Assembly (NCBI GenBank): GCA_001642005.1
Contig: LWCA01000022.1
Span: 1 to 64,000, forward strand
DNA: 64,000 bases
Direction: 5' to 3'
Source: Intoshia linei
Taxonomy: Eukaryota > Animalia > Orthonectida
This document shows positions 26,118 through 37,375 of this stretch, one piece after another. The stretch's first letter is position 1; each line of letters begins with the position of its first letter. The position numbers and the translations under genes are program-made. A model generated the notes under the pieces. The model had not been told where the DNA came from. It worked only from the letters and a program-made list of their open reading frames with translations, and searched no databases.

Positions 26118-26139
26118 TTAATCAAAACTAGTGTTAGTT

Positions 26140-26206
26140 TCAGTAATATTTCGATATCATTTGTGTAAACACATAATAAGTAGCAAATATTTCAAAACAT
26201 CATCAA
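26140..26206 (-). ncRNA. SNORD76: Box C/D snoRNA, SNORD76-like
   Basis: Box C TTGATGA; guide AATATTTGCTACT followed by T and a degenerate D' ATTA; C'-like ATGATA; box D CTGA; 7-bp flanking stem AGTGTTA/TAACACT. Complementary to LSU rRNA AGUAGCAAAUAUU in the U76 register (human Am2350 equivalent, recalled). Confidence 0.75.
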
Positions 26207-26839
26207 TAACACTTAAAATTAAAAGTTACAATACAAAATTGAAAATTGATAAAATGAACAAACGCACACAAGAGCGATAAATAGACAATGGAACCAAAAC
26301 GAAAATAACTTTTACATAATCAATAAACATGAAATATTACATATCCAATGAAACAAAATAAAAATACACCGTAGTCATCGTATCAAAAATTAAAATAAAC
26401 TTGACAAATTTTAATTTAAATGTATACAAATTTATAAATGAATATTTAATACGAAATTTTTCAAATAAATGGATTGAAATTTAATTTATATTAACCAATA
26501 TTGACGTATAAACAAAAATTCTAGGTAATTAATAAAAAGTTAAACAATACAGCTCAAATTGTATCCTAGTAACATTTATATCTATGGAAAAAATAAAATC
26601 TCTAAAATTGTGTATCCATTGTTTTGAGTTAAAAATTTAAGATATATTCAATACTATATTTCTCTCAGACTTGAAATAATTAGTGACATACTTTGAATTC
26701 TATATTACGTCAAACTAGTACAATTTAGCCAATCACTTGCAAGTAAGTTGTACTCTTTGTTTATACGTTAGCGGTTAATTTAAAATGTGCATTTAGTTTG
26801 TTTTCAAATTGGTAATGTTATATTTTAGATAGTTGATTA

Positions 26840-29800
26840 ATGCAATCTGAAAAACCAAACATTTATGAAAATAGAATACCTCAGATGACGCAGAAAGGTG
26901 AAAATGCAGAGGCAAATCATCCTATCCAAGCAATTCATTCAAATGACCCAAATTCAAATTATTACCATCAAAATATGCCTAGTCAAATGAATTATCAATA
27001 TCAGCAAAATTATCCAAATGAAAGTTATTATAATGGTCAAAGTGAAACTAGAAATGTTCCACAAAATCCAAATTTTCAAAATGAATACAATTCCAGAGTT
27101 TCATCGCCGCATAGTGAAAATAAGAGTACTATTAGCCGTGAAAATTATCAGAAGTATCAGAATGCAATGGTACCGAGATTTCAGGGACAAAAGCCGTTTG
27201 GTATGGAAGTTGACAATTATGTTAAACAGGATAATGCAAATTCAGGTCAATATATGAATTATGATGTTCGTACCGAGAATTTTAGAAGAAATGAAGATGT
27301 CAATAAAAATATTGTTCAAACCAATAATGAACCACGGAATGAAAATCAGCAAATGAATTTTAATGTCAACCACGTGCAACAGAGGATGCCATCTGAAGGT
27401 CAGATGCAAATTCAAATGAATTCTATGAATTCTAATCAGAACCCTCAAGTACATTCTGAGCAAATGAAACGGTTTCCAAACGATCAAATACAACGAATGA
27501 ATTTGGATAATAAAATTCAATCTAGAAATATGTCAGATAATTCCATGCAACAAAAAGTTGGTGACCAGTCTCAAATGCAAATGAATATGCAAAAAATGGA
27601 TGAAAATCAAATGCAGCAAAGATTAAACACCGATCACATGAAAAAAATTAATAATGATCAAATGCAACAAAGAATGGGTGCTAATCAATTTCAGAGAGTA
27701 GATTCCTATGAATCCAGTAATATGAGAATGCCTTCCGATGGCCAGTTACAGAGAATGAATCTTGAACCACAGATGCCAAGGTTGCCTAGTGCAATGCCAC
27801 TCGATGGACAAATGAAACGTTCTCTGGTTGGTGAAGCTTTATCGAATGTTGGCCAACGCACAAACCCCGAACAAGTGAACCAACCTCGAATTGGACACGA
27901 TCAAGTGCAAAGAAATATGAGTAACGAACAGGTTCCCACCAGAATGATGAATCCAGAACAGATGCAACGGATAGACCAAGAAAATCAGATGCGTATGAAT
28001 CCTTACAGACAAGGTCAAGGGCAACCGAGACTGATGACTGTCGATCAGATGCAACAAAGAATGATGCCTCCAGGTGTCCCTGTTCAAAGACTAAACGTTG
28101 AAAATCAAAATACTCCCAAAATTATGAATCCAAACGACCAATCAATTGGTCATTCCGGTCCACGAATGAATGATCAAATGCAACAGAGAATTAACGATGG
28201 CCAAGTTCAATTACTGATGAACCCTGAGAACCAAATGCAAAATCGAATAGCTCCACCTGGACACCAAATACAATACTCGCAGCATGTTCCACCGGGAAAT
28301 CAGTACTATCCAAATCAACAAATTAAAGGTCAATATCAAATAACTGAAAACCCTGCAGATAAAATGTACGCTTATCAAAACGCAAATCAAAGAATGCCAG
28401 TAATTAATAACATGCAAAACCAAACATATCCCGCTCAAATTCGAGGTTATCCTCCTAATCAAGTTACACAACAAAATATGTATTACCCTCAAAATTACGT
28501 GAAAATTATGCAAAACAATTATAGACCAAATGTTCACCAAAATATATACAACCAAGCACAAATGCAACCACAAATGAGAATGCCAATAAATCAATATTCA
28601 CATGTTCGCAATCAGAACGTTTTCCCGGGAAATACAAATTCTCCGGTTTTTTATGATTATTCCAATCAGATGAATAAGCAATATCCTTCAAGTGTACAAA
28701 AAAATTTTTATAACCAGACTCAAATGAGATTTCAACAAAATTTCCAAAATCCAGTTTCTTCCTACAATGCGTATCCGGCCAGGCCTGAAGAAGTTAATCG
28801 ACCTAGCTTAATGAATTATGAAAAAAACAATGCTGATAATTCCGTTAATCTAACCCATGAAAATGTTTATAATATTCAGAGGCAACCTTTAACGCAAGGT
28901 GTGCGACCCGACAGCTCTCAAGTGAAAAAAATTTCAGCCCAATTACAGGCTTACAGAGCTTTGTCTAGAAATACCGTAATTCCAGAACATGTTAAACGTA
29001 ATGCTATTACCCATGAAGAATCGATTGTAGAGGATGTGAAATATAATAATGAAACTGTAATTGAAAAAAAAGTAATCATGGATCCGAAAAAGTTGGGAAT
29101 CGATCCGTTGGAAATTTTAAAAGAACGTGATGTAAGAATAAACAATAGAATTTCATTGAGAATTAAAGAAATTAATGCCATCTTACCTGAAATTGAAACT
29201 ATAGATTTGAGGACAAAATTAATGATTGAATTGAGAAGTTTGCGTTTAATTACATTCCAAAAACACCTAAGAAGTGATATTGTTGGGAAACTGCGTCGGG
29301 ATACCACAATGGAAACTGCTTTAAACCCAAAATCATATCGTCGAATAAAAAGACAAACTCTTAGAGAAGCTAGAATCACAGAAAAACTAGAACTTTTACA
29401 GGAAATCGAAGTCAATAAAAAACGTAAACAATTACAGCATGAATTTATTAATAGTATTTTGACATATTACAAAGATTTCAAGGATACGCATAGACTTCGA
29501 CATAATAAAATGGTCAAATTGAATAAAGCTTTAATGTTATATTTTGCAAATAATGAACGCGAACAAAAACGAGAACGGGAAAGAATGGAAAAAGAACGAA
29601 TGAAACGATTAATGGAGGAAGATGAAGATGGGTACAGAAAATTGATTGATCAACAAAAAGACAAACGGTTGGCTTATTTATTACGACAAACTGATGATTA
29701 CATTGTAAATCTGACAAAATTGGTTGCTCAACATAAATTGAATACAATTAAAGAAAATAAACCAAAAAAAAGCGCAAATGGTATCCCTGATATTGACGAA

Positions 29801-32780
29801 TCTAGTCAAAATGGAAATAACGATCCGCACATTAAAGTCATAGATCAAAATACCGGTACAATTTTGGAAGGTGAATCGGCTCCACGGTCGAGTCAATTGG
29901 AATCTTGGCTGGACGACCACAAGTCGTATCAAGTCGCACCGAGAGATGACGATTTAAGTGAAGAAGAGCGTAATTTAATGGGGATTATCGATTCTACCAA
30001 CAATAAAAATGAAGTCGAAGATGATAATACTATTAAAAAAGCTTACCGAGAAGATGACGATTTTGTGTCTACGAATCAAAATTATTTCAAAATTGCTCAT
30101 TCAATTTTAGAAAAGGTAGACGTACAACCCAAAATTTTGGTTGGCGGTACTTTAAAACTTTACCAAGTCAGTGGTTTGGAATGGCTGGTCAGTCTTTACA
30201 ATAATAAATTAAACGGCATTTTGGCTGATGAAATGGGCCTCGGAAAAACTATTCAAACTATTGCTTTGATATCATATTTAATTGAAATCAAATCTAATTA
30301 CGGGCCTTATTTAATTATTGTACCTCTTTCTACATTGTCTAACTGGGACTTTGAATTACAAAAATGGGCTCCAAGTGTTCAAAGAATTATATACAAGGGT
30401 TCTCCTGCCGCTAGACGTGCTTTGCAGGCTACTTTGAGAAGTAGTCGATTTAATGTCTTGTTAACTACTTATGATTACGTTATGCGAGATAGAGCAGTTT
30501 TAGCAAAATATAAATGGAAATATATGATTATTGATGAGGGGCACAGAATGAAAAACCATCATTGCAAGTTGACGCAGGTTTTAAACACGTATTACACTGC
30601 TGTTAATAGGCTTTTACTCACTGGAACTCCTCTTCAAAACAATTTACCTGAACTTTGGGCTCTGTTGACCTTTTTATTGCCATCAATTTTCAAATCATGT
30701 GCAACTTTTGAACAATGGTTCAACGCGCCATTTGCATCAACATTTGAAAAAGTCGAATTGAACCAAGAAGAAACTTTGTTGATTATTCGAAGATTACATA
30801 AAGTTCTCAGACCATTTTTATTGAGACGATTAAAAAAGGAAGTCGAATCCCAGTTACCGGAAAAGGTCGAATATGTCGTCAAATGCGACATGTCAGGGAT
30901 TCAAAAGGTAATTTACCGTCATATGCAAAAACGGGGCATTATGTTGACTGATGACACTGATAAATCAAAGAAAGGTATTAACGGATCACGAGCTTTAATG
31001 AATACTATTATGCAACTTCGAAAAATTTGTAATCATCCTTTTTTGTACCAACATATTGAAGAAGCGCTTACTAAATTTGCAAATATTCCGATGGGGGTAG
31101 AAAGTCCTCTAATATTTCGTTCTGCCGGCAAGTTTGAATTGATGGATCGAATTCTACCTAAATTGAAAGCTACAAATCACAAAGTTTTGCTATTTTGTCA
31201 AATGACGAATTTGATGACTATTCTAGAAGACTATTTTTTGTATAAAGGTTACTCATATCTCAGACTCGATGGATCTACAAAAGCGGATGACCGTGGCGAA
31301 TTATTAACCCAATTCAATAGCCCAGATTCAGATTATTTTATTTTCCTTTTGTCTACTCGTGCTGGAGGTCTCGGGTTAAATTTACAAACTGCTGATACTG
31401 TTATAATATTTGATTCCGATTGGAACCCACACCAAGATTTACAAGCTCAAGACAGAGCGCATAGAATTGGTCAGACGAATGAAGTTAGAGTTTTACGATT
31501 GATGACAATAAACTCGGTCGAAGAAAAAATTTTGGCTGCCGCTCGGTTCAAGTTAAATTTGGACGAAAAGGTTATTCAGGCAGGTATGTTTGATCAAAAA
31601 TCAACAAATGCTGAAAGAAAACAATTTTTAACACAAATTCTTACAGCGGATGAATTGGACGGAGAAGAAGAATGTGAAGTACCAGACGATGAAACTATTA
31701 ATCAGATGCTTTCTCGGACAGAAGAAGAATTTGAAATTTGTCAAAAAATTGATGATCACCGCATAATGTTGGAAAAACAGGAGGGGCAATATACAAGCAG
31801 GTTGGTTGAAATTAGTGAAATTCCGAGTTGGTTGCTCAAAAACGACGAAGAGGTTGAAAAAATGACTTTGGATGATCAAAAGGAACGTCTGTTTGCTCGA
31901 GGTGCTAGAATTCATAAACGTGTTGATTATACTGATAATATTACTGAAAAGCAATGGCTAAATGCTGTAGAAGAAGGAAATTTAGATGAAGTCAAACACG
32001 ATATAAAAGACAAGGTTAAAAAGCGTGGAAGGCGTTCTAATAATGTTTCGTATATGGAAAATTCACCTGAAGATAAAAGAAGGAGAATTCGAAAAAATTA
32101 TTTAAAAACCAAGGATTTATCTTCTCAACAAAAACTCATGAAAAATCTTATTCACGTTATTTTGAATTATGTTGACAGGTATTTTTATTTTTATCTCATA
32201 TAACTTAAATTTAGTGATGGTCGAGTTCTAAGTGAACCATTCATGGTTATCCCCTCTAAAAAAGATTTACCCGATTACTACGATATTGTTGAAAATCCAA
32301 TAGACTTTAAAACTATAAAGGTAGCGTCAAAATTTTGTGATTTTAATAAAAAAATTTAGAAACGAATACACGAAGGATGTTACAAATCCATCAACGACAT
32401 TGAAAGTGATATAATGCTACTTTGTCAAAACGCCCAAACCTTCAATATGGAAGGATCCTTGGTAATTTTTTATTTAATTATGTTTTAAAATTTATTTAGA
32501 TTTACGAAGATTCAATAATTCTTCAAACTGTTTTTATGAACGCTAGAGAAAGGTTGGACGGGTCCAACTTGTGCTATGAGAGTACTGCTAGCAATAAATC
32601 TGATGGTAACTACTCGGGTAATTTTCAATTGTCGCCACTTTTAAACTCAATTTAGATGCATCACGAAAACGCAGAAAAATAAATACAAAGTCCACAAAGG
32701 TTTAGTTTTTTTATAGTGAAACTAATTTCTTTTAGAAAAGAGGACGAAAACCACGAAAAATAGACCTCTCTGATGATTAA
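26840..32780 (+). CDS. brm: SWI/SNF ATPase brahma / SMARCA2-SMARCA4 orthologue
   Basis: Exon 26840-32178 encodes QLQ ([14 protein letters not shown]), HSA, BRK, SNF2 ATPase ([29 protein letters not shown]) and SnAC. Bromodomain and tail exons are 32215-32320 (LPDYY..PIDF), 32360-32461 ([11 protein letters not shown]), 32500-~32617, 32656-32699 and 32736-32780 (stop TAA). Confidence 0.97.
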
Positions 32781-32842
32781 TCCAGTGTATATAAATTGTC
32801 TAATTTGTCAGATAAATTTTGATATGATGTTTATTTAAATTT

Positions 32843-33151
32843 TCATTCATCGTCTTCCTCTATACCAGGTATAGGTCTAATTTGACCTTCAGGTCCAACA
32901 TATTGAAAAGCTCCCATTTTACGCATCATATCGTACATTCTATCTGCGTCGTATGGTGGTCTAAATTGTAATTTATATTGTTGACATTTCGTTTATCATT
33001 ACGCTCTGACAATTGTATCTTTAACTTTAAAATTTCGATAGAGATACACTGCTCCAATAGTATATAGGGGTATGGTTAAGCCGAAGAATATTCCAAATGT
33101 TCTTTGCGTTGTTTTTCTGAATAAATGTCGAAAGTATGGGGCTTTTTCCAT
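32843..33151 (-). CDS. COX6C: Cytochrome c oxidase subunit 6C-like
   Basis: Two exons (33151-33003 and 32960-32843): MEKAPYFRHLF...one TM segment...PYDADRMYDMMRKMGAFQ, resembling the COX6C motif YD....FE.MRKAG.FQ. Confidence 0.7.
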
Positions 33152-33648
33152 TCTAAATTTTATTTAATGTTACGGTGTCATTCATAAAATATGTTTGTAC
33201 CATTGAATTATAATTATGTAAAATGTGTACCTCTTGATCTGATTCAAATAAAGTTTTGTAATTTTAGGTCAGTTTCTTGGCTATACTTTGTAAATAAACT
33301 TTTCATAATGATTGAAATTTCGTGTGCATTTTAAATTCTATAATGTTGGTACATTATGCATTGTAATTTGCCAATTTTTCTTATTTTTAATTTACTTTTT
33401 CTGCAGTTGTCCCTGGTGTCATATAATTGTCAATAGTCATAGTTTTGTGGTTAAAAAAATTTATAAGAACTAATATTACTAATTTTTTTTTAATAATAAC
33501 GTTCCTTGAACATTAAAACTTTGCGCGTGCTAATATTTGAAACTTATTACCATTTCTATATTTTCCAACAACTAGATATGAAGTATATAACATGAATAGT
33601 ATTAACCCTTTGCTTATTTTTGTGAAATTATTTCTGGTCACACTAAAC

Positions 33649-34305
33649 CAGTGGTTCTCAAACTTAGGTTCGTGAGAATATGTGGGGATCCGCAAGTTTA
33701 AATAAAATTTTAAATTATAAAAAATAAATTGATTTTTTAAATAATTTATTGTTATTAATTTAAACAAGGAATTAGTATTCCAGGAAAAATTCATTGAATT
33801 AATTAAATATGGCTCTGCCAAAATAACATTTCCTAAAAATACGATAACTGAATTTTGGATAACTATGGCACAATCATATCCAAACCTTTCTAAAATGATT
33901 CTCAAAATACTCATGCCGTTTTAACAACCTATGAATGTGAAAAAGCATTTTCAACACTCGTACAAATAAAAACAAAATATAGAAACAGACTATATGTCAT
34001 TGATGATTTGAGATGTGCTTTATCCAAAACAAAACCAAGAATAATTGAATTGTCAAAAATCAAACAGAAACATCCTTCACATTAGTTTAATAAAATTTAA
34101 TTTGAATTAATAATGTTTGTGGGAGCTACGGCTCAGAATATATCAATAAATTTCATTTTTTTTTTTGAATTAATAATGTTAATAAAACATTTCTTAAAAA
34201 TTAAATAATTTTTTTTGGACATGTTTTATTTGGAGGTCCGCGAGCAAAATTAAAATTAAAAATAGACCAAAAAGTCAAAAAATTTAAAAAGTTTGAGAAC
34301 CCCTG
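33649..34305 (+). mobile_element. Buster/Charlie-type hAT deletion derivative
   Basis: TIRs CAGTGGTTCTCAAACTT / AAGTTTGAGAACCCCTG; degenerate TSD CACTAAAC / CATAAAAC; internal EFW....YPNL..., TTYECEKAFS..IKTKYRNRL...HPSH* (hAT dimerisation domain). Confidence 0.85.
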
Positions 34306-34562
34306 CATAAAACAGTGAATCACAGTAAAAAAATTTCTAAATAATGAATCACTGAAATGTGCTTGGATTAACTAAAATTTACTGTGATTCACTATTTAGA
34401 AATTTTTTTACTGCGATTCACTGTTTAATGAGACCCAAATTATTCGTATAATTCTGAAAATGAAACGAAAATTGTATCGTCAACACTACTTCTAACATTT
34501 AATTTATATGTTACTAATAGTAACTTACTATATATATTTATTGGTTACTATATATGCATGTA

Positions 34563-35286
34563 ATGCAACGGAAAGAAAATTTTAATCCTGAAGGTACTCA
34601 GAAAATGGAAAAACACGATCAATCTAAAATGCTTGACGAGTAATTTATCATTTTATGTTAGTATTATGTTGAAAAATGGGTTTTCCAGTTTATTTACATG
34701 AATCACGAGTAAATGTACAATTACTATCATGAAAAATTAATTTATCCATTTTGTCTCCTTCCCAGTCTACATTTTATCATACTAGGATTTTTATCATTAG
34801 ATTCAATAACAAAATAATATTTAATACTCCATACAGTATTCGAGTGTTTTTCAAAGTGGGGTTCGTTGTAAATTTGACATGATCAATATTTATTTTTAGA
34901 AAATAGAAAATTAATATTTAAGTTTTTAAACAATTTTTATTAATTTATTGATTGATTTTATTATTTAGGATTTATATGAAAATGAAAAGTTTAAATAAAT
35001 TAAGCGACGACGAAATTAATAGAACAATTATGAAACGTAAATATGGGAACTATATGGACGTTGTTGAAATGTTTCGAATAACAAAAAAGCCTTTAGTCAT
35101 GTTCAAAGATTATCGTGATCGGAAAATTGATGTAATGGTAATTTTTTTGTATATAATTACTTTTTCTCGTGCCATACATGTAATACATTTATCAGATTTT
35201 AATAATTGCAATATTTATCTATCTTGATAATTGAAATTTTCATTAATTTTAAATTCTAGGAAAAAGCCAAAAAGAATGAAGGATAG
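34563..35286 (+). CDS. Small hypothetical protein (90 aa)
   Basis: Three phase-compatible GT-AG exons: 34563-34639, 34969-35137 and 35260-35286 (stop TAG). No recognised domain. Confidence 0.55.
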
Positions 35287-35419
35287 TTTATGTGAAGAGT
35301 GAAAATTGTTATTGTAAATATTGTTTTATAAAATATTTAAAAATGCAAAGAAATTTGATACTTTTTGATAAAAAATTAAATAATCAGTGATGATTTATCA
35401 CTAAACTGTTGATTTGAAT

Positions 35420-36270
35420 ATTATTCTACTCACCCACTCAAAATACATAGTAAATACTTCCAATAACTTTTATCTGAAATTTTGCGAAAATCCAAAGAAA
35501 ATAGATATTAATCACACCAGTATTACCTGTTCTTAGAGTTACCCAAAATTCCAAGAAACACACTAAATTCATCCTCAAAGTTGATTTTGCATTTACTTTG
35601 TAAAAATATTTAGAAAATTACCTCAATACACCACTGTATCACCTTTTCTAAGATATTGCAAAAATTCATAGAAAATTAAACTTTTTATAAAAAAAAACGA
35701 TTTAAATTACACCATAGTGTGCATTTTGAAACTATTTTGATAAAATTCATAGTAAAATATTCCTAATAACCTTTTTCAACACATTTTATAAAAATTACAT
35801 AATTTTTCATTTTTGTTGTAGCAAAATTAAATTTTGAAATTACATTTTGTTAGAATTCATTAATTTGCGTAAATTACTTCAATATAATCTTTTCTTTAAT
35901 TTTGAGAAAATTCAAAGAAACACTAATTTCACGAGGAATAGTTGATTTTTATTTACTTCGTAAATATTATTTTTCAAAATAACACTGATTTCACCCAAAA
36001 AGGTGATTTTGCATTTATTTTGTAAAAATATTTATAAAATTACCTCAATATCATTTGTTCTCAGATTTTTCCAAAATTGCAAAAAAATAAATTCTTTTTT
36101 TAAAAAAAACACTGATTTCACCCAAAAACTTGATTTTCCAAAATTGCAAAAAAACACTGATTTTACCCAAGTTGATTGCAAATTTTTTTTGTAAAAATAT
36201 TTAGAAAATTAGCTCAATATCATTTCATAGATTTTGAAAAAATTCAAAGAAAATTGTTTCAAAAAAATTC
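35420..36270. repeat. Degenerate tandem repeat array
   Basis: Recurring motifs AACACTGATTTCACCCAAAA, TTGATTTTGCATTTA..TTGTAAAAATATTTAGAAAATTACCTCAATA and TTCAAAGAAA in several diverged units. Confidence 0.65.
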
Positions 36271-37375
36271 ACCAATTATCCGATATAATACTTCATATTA
36301 CAACACACATCAATTTACATTTTAAAAATAAATTAAATATATTTCTACAATAGTAAATTGTAATGTAATAATTTTTAATTAATCTACAATGTTCTACATT
36401 TTAAATAATATATAAATAAGCGACAATGGTATAATTATATCAATAATATTGATGTATTACCAGATTAATCTAACTCTATTACTATCATTATAATGAGTAT
36501 ACAATTAAAAGTTTAATATTATTGTTATTAGTAATACTTTTAATAACCGACTGTACAATAACAGTATTGTGTAATCTACACTAAAATAAACTAATGTAAA
36601 ATTTTTAAATACAAAAAGTATTATTATTAAATTATCACCTGATTAATATTATGCAAAGAATTTAATCTTCAAGTTTTACAATGTAATGTATTATTTGTAT
36701 GTGACTAGATTAAACCAATACACTAAGTTTTAATGTGATAAAATTAAAATGGATTAAATTATAGTTACATAACGAATACACCTTTCAAAAATAAATTTAC
36801 TCATAAAAGTAACTATTCCTGAGATATTCAAAAAGAAAGCCCAACTGAAAATTCAGTCTTCTTAATAAACGGTTCTAACAAGTCCAATTTAGCCCATCAA
36901 TTTGAATATAGAGTTTTTTGATAGAGGTAGAAAGTGGAATTTAAAATTTATTAAAGTATATTTTAAACACGTTATACACACTGTACTGGAAAAAAATGAA
37001 AATCAATATGTTGCAATAACAATATGTATCAATAACCCAATTTATAACATGTGTTCATCCAAGAAAGGTAGTAATTTAGCCTGAAATCATCACTTTAGAA
37101 TTAATTACGAATCCATATAGCGACTAAATCCTATATCTGCCTAGAACAAAAAATGTATAATAGTGCAAAACACTAATCAGCATAAATTCTATTAAGAAAA
37201 ATTGATATTGTTTATAGCAATATTTTATAAATAAATCCGTAGATAGAGTGTATAACAATATCGTGCTCTACTTTACACCAATCAAGAAACGAAATTAAAG
37301 AGAAGTAAATTTAATCAAGTCAAAGTTCTATATCGATATTTTCATTTGGTCTAGAATTTGACTATAAATTATCAA

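Noticed and set aside
25895-26119. 58-nt direct repeat read as a CRISPR repeat or hammerhead ribozyme (minus strand CTGATTAGAAAC)
   Set aside because: There are only two copies in a eukaryotic context, and no stem II lies between CTGA and GAAA. C/D boxes plus an rRNA-complementary guide explain the repeat better.
27018-31954. Multiple alternative-frame and antisense ORFs inside brahma
   Set aside because: These are shadow ORFs of a long coding exon, with no recognisable motifs.
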